Assembly: GCA_964016885.1 (NCBI GenBank)
Contig: OZ024741.1
Span: forward strand, 347,758,001-347,822,000
Source: Eledone cirrhosa
Lineage: Eukaryota
Direction of reading: 5' to 3'
DNA: 64,000 nucleotides
The notes below the pieces were generated by a model that searched no databases, was not told the DNA's origin, and saw nothing but the letters and a program-made list of their open reading frames with translations. The translations under genes were made by a program, and so were the position numbers. Positions 27,601-40,029 of this stretch are shown here, in pieces. The number at the start of each line of letters is the position of its first letter. The first letter of the stretch is position 1.

Positions 27601-27680
27601 CTATTCTATAGCGATTAGGTCTTCAAAATGTTTATTATAAACATACAGAATATTTTCGAATATTCTATGTCTATATTCAT
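24601..27680. mobile_element. Head-to-head tandem array of a 310-bp hammerhead-containing unit (non-LTR retrozyme-like)
   Basis: Units start at 24601, 24911, 25221, 25531, 25841; orientation flips at 25972-25973; ~5.5 inverted units to 27680; (TA)n on both flanks; no ORF. Confidence 0.95.
26273..26315 (+). ncRNA. Minimal type I hammerhead ribozyme (one of 9 full-length copies in the array)
   Basis: gtagtc CTGATGA tttct-aaca-agaat GAAA cgcg TA gattac; + copies start at 26273, 26583, 26893 (GAAA>AAAA), 27203, 27513; - copies at 24759, 25069, 25379, 25689. Confidence 0.92.
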
Positions 27681-29998
27681 ATATATATATATATATATAT
27701 GTTTTAACTTGGTAACCATTTTTCATATGAGTACAACCAGTATGTTAGCCTTCACTAATATATTTTATGCTTATACAGAAGACGTTCTTGTGTAATAATC
27801 CTCCGCTCATTCTTTAATTTCGTCACATTGTTCAGGTTTCCTCCACTCAAAATCTATGTCACGTACTTTCCTCGGATGTGACTAGCTCGGGTAAGAATCG
27901 GTTTTGCTGAGGAAATATATTAATACTAAAATGGTGTTGGATTCATTAACGTGTTTGATAAAGGTGAGCATAGCTCAACATTCCCTGACGCTACCCATCT
28001 TTCAAATTTCGAAAAAGGCTTTGTTTGTGAACTATGACCGAACGTTAATGCCAATAAGATGGAGGCGACATTATTCAGTTAAACAATTTGTATTGACCCA
28101 CTTCATTAAACATACTTAATATACATTTCTTTTTAACATTTATTTAAGTATATATATTTATATACGTATTGGACATCAAAAATTGCTGATAGAAAACATT
28201 AGCAGCTAAAATGGTTAATGACAATGTTAGCTGCTTAATCTAAGATATATATTCTACTCTCGGATAAACCCGTTCTGTAACTGATTATAAAATGTAAAAT
28301 GCCAACGAAGAGAGATAACTACTGACGTCTGTTGTATACTCTAACGCACAAATATTGAAATTACTAGACAATGCGTTCGGTCAAATTGCTAGAGATAGGA
28401 TAGCTGCAACATTATTCTAAGTCTAACTACTCAATAAAAAAGGATGAACATATTGCTTAATATAATATATCATTTAAAGGAAAGTGAGGCTGTTTAGGCA
28501 CAGGCACTTTTTGTTGTAAGATATTTGACTAACAATAATGGTTAAATTCATCGCGTGTACATTTAGTTCATTACAAAGACATTATTGAAGGTCGAGGAGT
28601 GATACACACATGAAGCAAAATGTTTTCTTTTGTGGACAGAACATTTTTGTTTCCCTATACATTCCATCCACGTGATGTCAACAAATAATAAGTGCTGTGT
28701 ATGAACTACAATATATCAGTCTGTGTGTAATTATTTATGTAATTCATAATGTGTCAGAACATTTCGTTATAATATAAAAATCTCCTTCTTTTTTGCAGAA
28801 GACGCGTTGTTTTAACTTTTGATACTCTAAGTATAAATATGAATTTTAATTATACATCAGAACAATTTAAAATGTGTGAGTCATTTGCCTTAATAATATA
28901 GATATTAATCTAATGTAAATTAAATTCATAATACGTCCTGAAAACAGAAAATATTTTCCACCATCTAGATAGATAACAGACGTGATGTTTAAGCAAATCT
29001 GTATATCATCGAAACAATTTTTTTTGCGTCCTGCCTCATTCATTAATATTAATATAATGAGATCGTTTTCTTGACACTATCCGTGATATAGAAATCAGTA
29101 ATATTTGTTGAAACGTAAGATATTAATATTTATTGGTGATACGTAGATATTTGATAACATACTGTAAGAATTTGTTCATATAATCAGCAGGCTATTACGT
29201 TATCTATTCAATATTTTACAGTAAACTGATAAGTTTGCTTGTAGTTAAGCTTTCTTTTAGTGATGAATTATGTTAGTTATCTTGTCGGAGAATTCTAACC
29301 AAACTGCAGATTCCTCTGTTACTCAGAGTGTAGATGTATAAAAGGATTTTTTTCACACACGAAGTTTTAGGAATGTTATTATATTTACAAATGTATCGAC
29401 ATTTATTTACAAAAACATATTTAGAAAAAATATATAATTTTTTTTTTGCTTGGATTCAACAGACTTATACGCCAAACATTTATTAAAACCTGCTAAAAAT
29501 ATAATGCATTACTAATAATACTGAATATCGTATTTGTGCGTATGTGTGTATATGTGTTTCGTACTTGACGATGTTCTGTCCAAATGTAATGAGGAAACAC
29601 AGCAGTTAGAAACCTTCATCAACGAATGTTAAATTAATATCAAGTGTAATACTGAGATAACAATAAAAGGTGTTTTTCTCTCACGCGTACTTTCTATTTG
29701 TATATAGATCAAAATGTTCTTTAAGATACAATTGATTAATTACCTGATATTTAATCAATATTTTATGAACATGAACAGGAATTAATGAATGTATTCTAAT
29801 TAACTAATTTTCTAGACGAACGTTATCAGATTTCTTTGAATAGATGTATCATTAGCACATTGTAACATCATTGATATGCATAGATCGACGAAGACACAAG
29901 GCCAGGAGAGCAGATGCACGCACGCAAAACTACCATATAAATCTTTGTACATACATACACGCACACAGAATAATAAAAACACACACACATATATACAG

Positions 29999-30083
<85 letters not shown>

Positions 30084-30144
30084 TACATATATATACAGAC
30101 ACACACACACGCACGTAGTTGCCTCCGTTTATATACGTGTGTTT

Positions 30145-30179
<35 letters not shown>

Positions 30180-30782
30180 TATGGACTCGAGAGTAATTAT
30201 ATAAATCTTTTTCATAATCTAAAATATTTATTAACTATACTCCAAAAAATTATTTAATATGCAGCAAGTATTATTAAGCTAAACTATTTTATTCAATTAT
30301 TTCTCCGACATTTACATAGTCTAGAAAGTTTTAATTCAACTAAAATTGTAACATATTGGTGTTTACATATTCTCTTTTGGGTTAGAAAAACATGTTATTG
30401 CATAATTAAAATTTAGTTTCAGCATAGCTGTATACATATATGTATTTGAATTTCGTACATCTAAAGACATACGGTATTTTTAATATATAATCATTCTGAA
30501 AGCCCAGCTATGAATATTAAAATGCTGATGGCCAGTGGCATCTAGTGAATTCCGGCAAAAGGAACGAAGAAGTACTGGAAATGTGCATTTTGAGCTTTTG
30601 TCTCTCACCAGTACAGTCCTTCTCTGCTCTCTGGCGGAACTTCAAAACAGCCGAAAGTATATAGTATTTTCACCAGTGTAGGTGAGCTGACTAGCCTTAT
30701 TTCTATATGAAGCTGTAAAACATGCCTCAACTTAAAGGTAGTACTAAAATATAGCTTCGGCATAACTGATTATATATATATA

Positions 30783-31640
30783 TTAGAAAGTGTTTTTTTT
30801 TCAAAATGAAAAACAACGAGGTGTCCTACACGAGTGAAAATATAAAGAAAACAGATGAAATCGAAAATGAAACTGCAGTCTTTTTTTTTAAGTATATTTA
30901 TTTGGTTCCTTTACCGGTTTCGCAGTTCTTGTGCTTTTCAAAAGTAGAATTAAGATGGAGGGTTTGTGGTTTTTCTCGCATCTGGTTGGTGTTCAAATGT
31001 TACTTCTGTTTTATATGGAAAAAAGTGGCTCGAAATGCTAGGTTTTTGGAAAAGTAATTTGGTTTGTTGATGATTGTATATGATTTAATATTGGACGTAC
31101 CTTGAATTTGTTTCTGTTTTAGTAATTCATAAATGACTATTGCTTTAGCCCTTTCTATTCCATTATTTATTAGTAATGGTCGGTACTGTCTTTCAAGTAG
31201 AATTTTCTTTAATTCTTGAAGTCTTTTATTTCGCGTTTCATAATTGGAGGGAAGTGTGCAAATTCTTCTTGCTAGGTTAAAAGGGATGTTCGTCTTCGTG
31301 TGCTTTGGATGGTTGGAGATGAATAGCAGGAATTGTTTGGAATCTGTTGGTTTGTAGTGTATGTCAGTTTCAATATTTGTGTCTTTTTTTATGATTAAGA
31401 TGTCCAGAAATGGGAGTTGATCTTGGCTGTATTCCATAGTGAATTGGATGTGGTTATTGATGCCGTTAATTAAATTGTTGAAATAATTTAGTTGGTCGAG
31501 TGTGTGAGACCAAAGTATAAGAGAATCCTCCAAGTAGCGTTTCCAATTCTCTGATAAATATTTGTGGAAGTTCAATCCGTATTTTGATTTGGAATGTTCA
31601 TGTATTTGGACTTCCAAGTAAGTATGCCATGACTAAATTG
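30783..31640 (-). pseudogene. Truncated Neptune-like PLE RT thumb fragment joined directly to its pLTR (EN missing)
   Basis: KRYLED (decayed YLDD), IQFTME, LPFLDILI, YKPTDSKQ, SNHPKH, IPFNLARRICT; HHR variant at 30908-30945(-). Confidence 0.85.
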
Positions 31641-31695
<55 letters not shown>

Positions 31696-31797
31696 TGAAT
31701 TGTCGAAACCCCGACGGCAGAGCTCAAGCAGATTCGACAGCTATTTCTGGTCCACTGGTCTATTATGGTCCACCTGGTTCCTTACTACACTTCGTTC

Positions 31798-31848
<51 letters not shown>

Positions 31849-31850
31849 TG

Positions 31851-31881
<31 letters not shown>

Positions 31882-31898
31882 TATATATATCTATACTG

Positions 31899-31929
<31 letters not shown>

Positions 31930-31944
31930 TATATATCTATATAT

Positions 31945-32300
31945 ATATTAGAAAGTGAGGTTTTTTTTACAAAATGAAAAATAACCGAGGTGTCCTACAC
32001 GAGTGGAAGTATAAAGAAAAAGGGATGAAATCGAAAATGCAACTGAAGTCTTATTTTTTTTTAAATATATATATTTATTTGGTTACTTTACCGGTTTCGC
32101 AGTTCTTCTGCTTTTCAAAAGGTGAGTTGAGATGGAGGGTCTGTGGTTTTTCTCACAGATGTGAGAAAAACCACAGACCCTCCATCTCAACTCACCTTTT
32201 GAAAAGCAGAAGAACTGCGAAACTGGTAAAGGAACCAAATAAATATATATATTTTAAAAAAAATAAGACTTCAGTTGCATTTTCGATTTCATCCCTTTTT

Positions 32301-32305
<5 letters not shown>
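31945..32305. mobile_element. Head-to-head pLTR pair (family E) with UUGAAAA-core HHRs
   Basis: Palindrome centred near 32159; cctt TTGAAAA gcag-aagaa-ctgc GAAA c(c/t)gg TA aag(g/t) at 32085-32122(-) and 32195-32232(+). Confidence 0.85.
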
Positions 32306-32369
<64 letters not shown>

Positions 32370-32372
<3 letters not shown>

Positions 32373-32710
32373 GATATTAAATAAATGGAAACTATATTTA
32401 TAAAACCATATTTATTTCATTATACATATTTCAGGGATACCAAATTAAAATATGGCATGCCTTCGTCAGATAAAATACAATATATAAACAGTTTTATAAA
32501 TAATTTTGACGTACCCTATTATAAGCGACCATTATTTTTGGAAGCTGTCTAGATAGTGAAATGTTTATAATTATGTTATTAGTTATAGTGTTAAGCACAG
32601 TTTACTATTTCCATTTATTTAATATCGTTTCCATTTATTTAATATCGAGTGCTTTATATCAGTTATGAAATATTTACTTGTTGTATCCCAACAATTTTAA
32701 ATAAAACTTA

Positions 32711-32713
<3 letters not shown>
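32370..32713. mobile_element. pLTR remnant of the 43195-46335 family with HHR
   Basis: attttat CTGACGA agg...cct GAAA tatgta TA atgaaat at 32414-32476(-); diverged relative at 18520-18620. Confidence 0.82.
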
Positions 32714-32764
<51 letters not shown>

Positions 32765-32969
32765 TGTCGTATATCTACAGATAATTGTTTTATTGTTATT
32801 TTAGATTTGCACATAAAAATATATTTAATTAAGTATTCTTGTATTAGAAAAATATTTCTCAAAGTCAGAATTAGGTTTTTCTCAAATATTTTTCAATGCT
32901 ATATTTTAAATGTTTATATTGCAAGACTTATTGCATTTAAGAAATTGTTTTCTGGGGATATCTGGCTTA

Positions 32970-33170
32970 GTGATTAATGATTTCTTATTTAGGCAGAAGG
33001 CCAACAATTTTAGCGTAGGAAAGTCAATTAAATCTACCCCGGTGCAATACCGGTACTTTATTTCATCGAACCCGTAAACAGGAATTTCAAAGGAACCACG
33101 GCGGGATTTGAACTCAGATCGTAAATGGCATTGATTCCGTCGCTCTACCCATACTGCCAATCCACCGCTC
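32970..33170 (-). mobile_element. tRNA-derived SINE
   Basis: ggtactttatttcatcgaacccg and ggcgggatttgaactcag shared with 18876-19066. Confidence 0.75.
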
Positions 33171-33544
33171 AATTGTAATTAATGTATCCGGATCACAATT
33201 ATGAATCCATAACTACCATATATGGTAGAAATTATGGTTTGTTTATATTATACTATTTCTCGTTGCTTGTGCTTCCACGACGGAAAACATGTAGCATAAT
33301 TGACAGTGGTTAGGTGATAGTCTCAGACCCAGATCAGCGAGAAATGCTGTACCTTTAGTCATATAACAAACCATGGGTATGCGGTACACTCCAGCATTGC
33401 CCTGATACGTAAACGCATAGAGAAAAGCATAGAGAAACGATGACTTACACAATTTTCTGGATTGGAAGTAAATTACATATAATAAATATATCTCCATTTT
33501 GTCATGAATATATTATAGTTGTTTTGCATACCATCAATTGTGGC

Positions 33545-35960
33545 AAGCTACATTTTAAACCCTTTTAAACATTTAAAAACACATTTTAAAAATCTTTGGA
33601 TAAATGCCTTCACAGAGTCTTATGAGCTGTTAGCCCAACTTTACAATGGTTAAGGAGCCAAAAAAGATACAACATGGCTAGTTAACCGCATTACATTCTT
33701 ACATCGAATGAATTATAAGACAAATAATCCAAATAATTACAGACCGATACCTTTCTTGACCACAATGTATAAAATCTTAACATCAATCCTAAATGAATAT
33801 ACATATGATCACCTGATAACAAATTATATATTTCCCATTGAGTAGAAAGGATGTAAACGAGGCTCATATGACTGTAAGAATCAGCTTTTAATTAATAAAA
33901 TGATACTGGAAGATTGTCATACTAGACACATAAATCTATCAATTACTTGCATCGATTACCCAAAAAGCATTCGATAGTTTGACACACAGTTGGATTGAAA
34001 AGTGTTGAGAGATTTTCAAAATATCTTCCCTTGTCTGGATTTTCCTGCCATTCAGTATGAAAACATGGAAAGAACACTCATTTTGAACAGTTAAAAACTG
34101 GAAGCTGGAGAAGTTAATATCAATTTCAGGGTGACTCTTTAGCAGGCTTTTATTCTGCATCTCACTTATACCAATAAGTAAAATGCTCAATGAAACAAAA
34201 CATGGATATAAAATCGATGACAAAACACTTAATCGCTTGTTCTACATGGATGACTTGAAACTATTTGCAAAAAGTGATGAGCAATTGCAAGGGCTACTAT
34301 CCACTGTGAAACTGTTCAGTGATGCTATTAAAATGGAGTTTGGACTAGATAAATGCACCAAAGCCACGTTCACCGGAGGAAAGCTACTGAGAATTTCAGA
34401 CATTAATCTTAATCAGGGCAATGTGATAAGAGGACTTGATCACGAAGAAACTAATAAATATTTAGGCGTTTGTGAAAGAGATGGAATCAAGCACTCGACT
34501 ATGAGGGAAAGGATAAGTAAGGAATATTACCGCAGAGTACGAGCAATCTTAAGAACGGAGTTGAATGCAAGGAATAGGATCGATGCCATAAACACGCTTG
34601 CCATACCAGTAGTAACTACATTTTCAATGTCATCAACTGGTCAAACCCAGAGATCCGTAGGCTTGATACAAAAATGAGAAAATTCTTAACCATGCACATA
34701 ATGCATCACCCTAAGCCTATACAGATATAATATATCTCCATAGGAAAGAAGGAGGACGTGGATTAATCCAGTTAGGTATTGCTTTGAAAACTGCAACAGT
34801 TGGATTATCTACATATCTAAGGAAATCACATGATTGATGATCAATCTCGTTTTGAAACATAAAAGCATCAGAAGATCATACTCCATTACAAAAGATGCAC
34901 AAAAATAGAATAATGAACTACAAATTTCAGAAGTGCCCTTTACTGCTGAAATAAAATCAAGGAAAAGCAAAGGAGGTAAAAGTAACTGCAAAGAAAGACG
35001 TGCTACAGAAAGTGTCTAAGAAATGGTAAGAAAAGCCTCTGATGGAAACTACCCAGAAAGAGCTAACAATCCTGATGTTGACAAAACTTGAACCCATCAG
35101 TGGTTGGCGTCATCTGGACTGAAATCGGATTATATCAGAACAAGATCAGTGTCTACCAACAAAATAGTATCAAGCCAACATCATAAAACCTGGATGCAAC
35201 CCATTATGCCGTAGTATGTAAAAAACAACCATATACCAGTATTCATAAAATTTCAATGTGCAGTCTTATAGCCCCAACCGAATACCTAAACAGGCACGAT
35301 AGAGCTGTACAATACATACATTGGGTAATGTGTAAGCATTTTGACCTGCCCCATCAAAAGAAATGGTGGGAGCATCAACCACCTCCCGTACTTGTAAAAG
35401 GTCACATCTAAATTTTGTAGAACTTTAACATCCAAATACCGAATAATAGATGCAAATAGACCTCATATAATACTGAAGGACTATAAAAAGAGGGTATGCC
35501 TGCTAATTGATATGTCCGTCCCTATAGACATGAATGTATCTATAAAAATATTTGAACAATTGAGCAAGTATAAAGACCTGGAGATAGAGATTGGAAAAAT
35601 GTGGAAGTTTAAAACTAAAACAATACCAGTGGTTGTAGGTGCTCTGGGAATGATACCTAAGGGGTCTAATGATTACTTATCCAAAATCCCAGGAAATCCA
35701 TGTATAGAAGAAATACAAAAGATAGTACTAATGGGAACTGCCCATATCCCAAGGAAGATTCCGACGATATAAATACATCACAAGTATAAACAGCTGAAGA
35801 TGCATGTATGTATGTGTTCTTTCTTGAACATGGCGGACCTTGTTGTCTCTTGAGGTCACTTGTTGTGATTGGTGATAACTCGTATGAATATAAAGCAAGA
35901 TAAATGAAAAAATAATAATAAGTATAATAATAATAGTAATAATAATATTAATAATAAGAA
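33545..35960 (+). pseudogene. Decayed 5'-truncated R4/Dong-type non-LTR retrotransposon (RT + restriction-like endonuclease) with (TAA)n tail
   Basis: NYRPI, TMYKILT, KAFDS, LFYMDDLKLFAK, FGLDKC, KYLG, RHD, DMSVP..KYKDLEIEI..IPVVVGALG; multiple stops and frameshifts; TAA-rich tail 35910-35960. Confidence 0.9.
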
Positions 35961-38900
35961 GAAGAATCTGTGTATATCGTTTCCTTTTACACATCTTCTC
36001 CTAATGTTTCATTGCAACAGTTGTCTCAACATGCACTCTACAGTAAGCGTGAATTTAATATTTCTCTTGTTTTAGTTTTCAAACAATGCTCTAATAATCA
36101 TTATGGACATTTTCATTAACTTTGTGAGAAAATAAGAAACGAACTTTCTTTACAGGGAGTGCTTAAATGGTGTTTCATGTATATTAGCTGTGTAGCCCAT
36201 TTATTATTTGTAACAAAATTGTTCCTAATTTAAGCACAAATAAACTAATTTGGCGAATCGGAAAGCCTAGAGGTTATAGTGAAGTAAAAAAAAAAATATG
36301 AAGATTTTTCACATATTATTTTATCAAATAAATTAGTCTCCTGTTTGAAATTTAGTAGCTATTTTTCATGTAAAGCAAAATACATGTTATATTCCTTAAG
36401 AATATAAAGTAATTTAAAAAGAAAGAAAATAATAGCTAGAAAGTTTGATGAATAAAATTACATAACTTCTCAGTTTGAAGAGGTTTTATATTGTTTTATT
36501 GAAGCATAGCTATGATGATAGTGGATGGAATAGAAAAAGCGGTTCAGAATTTTGAATTTATGAATATACTGTCAGATTTCATTTTGCTAACCCGATTTTT
36601 TTTTCTTGAATTTTAAAGAACCATTAACCAATACCTTAAATATTATTTTATCGAAATATCTTCAACTTTCTTAGCAAGAACCCTATTTTTTAGAACTGAA
36701 TATTGAACTTTATGACATAACTTTTTGGTTCACACAAACACCTATTTATAACGCACCAGAACTCCTAAACTGGTTAACACATTCCGAATATTTGGCAACA
36801 ATCAATTTTGCATTCATTTACCTCATGACCCGGAGAGAAAAACAACGTTAAATATCAAGCCTAATAGAATAAAAAGGTAATATTAATTTAGTTAGTATTA
36901 CGATATATTTGTCATCATCGTCACATAAAACAATATTATGAATTAGTAATGATCTGCGTTCACTAAACATCGTCTAGAAGTTTATATATTAGGCAGACGA
37001 CAAATCCTCTAAGGAAAATGTAGTGTTCATCTAAATGTGTATTCAATTTTGTATCATTCAGAATTTCTGATAACATATGTTATAAAATAAATGACTATTT
37101 ACCATATTTTCGGAAGTCAACAGTTGTTACATCAAAGCTAATATTTATAGAATTTAAATATCATAAAAGTGCATACAATTGTTTTAATTGATAAGTATGT
37201 ATTTATTGATATGTATGTATTTATTCTGACGGTCGCTAAATGTTGGAAACGATACAAAGTAGAGAACTTGATTTTTTCTTCTAGTCAATGTTTACCCATT
37301 TCACAAAAACAGCTTAATTATTTATATATTATGAATACTTATAGGTGGAATAATAGCAACATCGAGTACACAAGTTCAATATTTATATTTGATAATTTCT
37401 ATGTCAGGCAGAGTTGCTTTTAAAAGGCATTTACATCAATATATTTGTGTCATCAACTTAACCCATCATTCATACTATGTCTTTGAGCTTTGCAAAGAGC
37501 TAAATCCACGATATTACCTTTAAACAATTAATATTGTGAGTCATATAGATATATATGTACATGAAAGACGCGCTATAGTGTTATATGTATCCTAAACGTC
37601 GGTATGCTTGGAAGAGTTTTCATAACAATCACGTTATATTAACATTTTTGTATTTAATTAGGTAGATTGAAAATATTAACTATTTCATTTTATTTTTTTA
37701 AATGTGTTTTACACTAATTTAAGCATTGTCAAATCTGCATTAACTTGCATATTCGTGAAACTTACTCTTTGCTATGTGATACTTATGAACATTAAGAATA
37801 CCTTAGTATTTAAAGTGAGTAAGCATCTAACAGCAAATGTAATATCACAGATATAGTAATTTTAGATTTATCCTAACGCGTTGGATATTTGATGAAATAT
37901 AAGGTTCACATACGTTTAAAAGTAAAGAAAAAAAAACGCCAGGTTATTCGCCAATATTTCAAGTTTCATAATGACACCTTATGCACTATGCACGGAAATA
38001 AAAATGTTGAAAAAACTCCTATTGACATTACGATTCTATACAAACACTTAACAGGGAAAAAAACGAGATTTTCACGAGGAAAATAATAAGAGATTACGAA
38101 AAGCGTATTTTACACACCTATTCATCAAATTCCTCACATATAAAGTTCAAATTAGAAACCAAAGCAAACGGTAAAATTTGAATGACAAATATAAAGAAAT
38201 CAAATACGCTTATTGGGGAGCAGAGTGTAGGAATATTGTAACATGTAATCCAATCAACGCCTAACTTATTTGTACTTGTAAAGAATTGAATTGATCTGCA
38301 ATTTAGGCGAAATAATGATAGTACCAAATCCAAAATTACGTTTCCTTGCGAATAAGAATACTGCAAGTCATGTTTATTCTAAAACATACAGCGTAGATCA
38401 AACACCAATAGAACTTACTACAAATCCTGAGAAACTGCTATATCAAACATTTACGAATACACGAGGATTAAATCTGTTTTCCGTATCCATAATACTTACA
38501 CTATAATTTGTTATTTATAATTTCAAAGCAATTTATTATCCTTTATTTTCCTGGATACTTCTTTAGTGGTATGTCATCTCACGATTTATTTCTGACGTTA
38601 TGTGTGGATATCGGGTCTCGGGTGTCAGGAAAGCAAATGCCAGAATGGATTTTAAGCAGTATTTAATATAAATATAAAGTTGAGTTATCAGAAAAATCCC
38701 CAAATGATAACAAGATATGGCAGCGATAGTGAGGAATACACTTAGGGCAGTGAGATACTTTATGTTTTGCGTGACAAATTCCAGTGGATCAGTAGTTTAG
38801 ACGATGCAAAGTAGATTATTAAATGCTGTATATCAGAGACATCTGTTTCATTGGACAGGGGAACATAATGTAAAGATTCAAGTAATGTCGATAAATGTAT

Positions 38901-39489
38901 CAACATATATATTTCTCGTGGCACTGCAGTGTGTTTTAAGACTTGCATATTACGAAACATTACATTTCACAACATTTCGACTAACATGGTGCAAGATTGC
39001 TTTTTATATGTCAGTGCTAATACAATCTTAATTCATACGTTTTAGAAATATATTTGTATAAGAAAGTATAATGCTAACCATATGGAAGGCAATGCATTAA
39101 GCTAATGCTTCACTATGTGAAGATGTATACGTGCATTTTTGTTGCATTTTAATATTTGCAAATAGTCCCCAAAGGAAAAAATCCAGAATCAATTTCAAGT
39201 AATATTATATCAGAAACAGTAGTCTTACGTGTTAAGTGTTAGACGTTATTATATATACATTTTATAATTCATATAAATGTATATTCAACTGATTAAGACT
39301 GCATAGTGATTCTTGTAACTCTGGATTCCCGCCTGTAACTAACAGGCGAAACTCTAGAGTAACAAACTCACTATTTCGCCTTAAACAGCATAATAAAACT
39401 GTACTTCGATTACTCTTGATTACTCTTTTCTCTTAGCCATCAATCCCACAATGATATGTATATATATATATTTATATATATATATATAT

Positions 39490-39912
39490 TTCGTTAACTC
39501 AGTTTGTTTAGCAAGATTCTTTATTTGAAACCGATATTGTTATACTTTGGGAGGGTCATGTTGCCAATAAGAAACACACGCACCAGTTGTGTCACTCCAA
39601 TTTGTTATGAATTAAATTTATAAATTTAAGAATTTATAATTTTCCGGTTGGTTGGTTGGTTCCACAACCGGACGGTTATTCATAATGGCGTAGGACAGAA
39701 CAAAGGAGAGGGCACAAAACAAAAAGAAGAATCCTCAGTCACTGAAGAGGTCACAGAATATGTGACGAAAGAACTTTGACAATATATGAACCAATCAACC
39801 GGAAATTTATAAATTTTTAAATTTATAAATTTAATTTATAATAAATTGGAGTGAAAGCATGAGGTGCGTGTGTTTCTTATTAGCAACATGACCCTCCCAA
39901 AGTATAACAATA
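39490..39912. mobile_element. Head-to-head pLTR pair (family B) with near-intact HHR
   Basis: gtca CTGAAGA g gtcaca-gaata-tgtgac GAAA gaac TT tgac at 39738-39780(+). Confidence 0.85.
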
Positions 39913-40029
39913 TATATATATATATAACAATATATATATATGTATATATATATATGTATATATATATATATAACAATATATATATATATATATAACAATA
40001 TATATATAACAATATAACAATATATATAT

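Noticed and set aside
24601-27680. CRISPR array or ordinary satellite
   Set aside because: No unique spacers or cas genes; whole 310-bp units repeat, each with an HHR, and the array is short, inverted and TA-flanked
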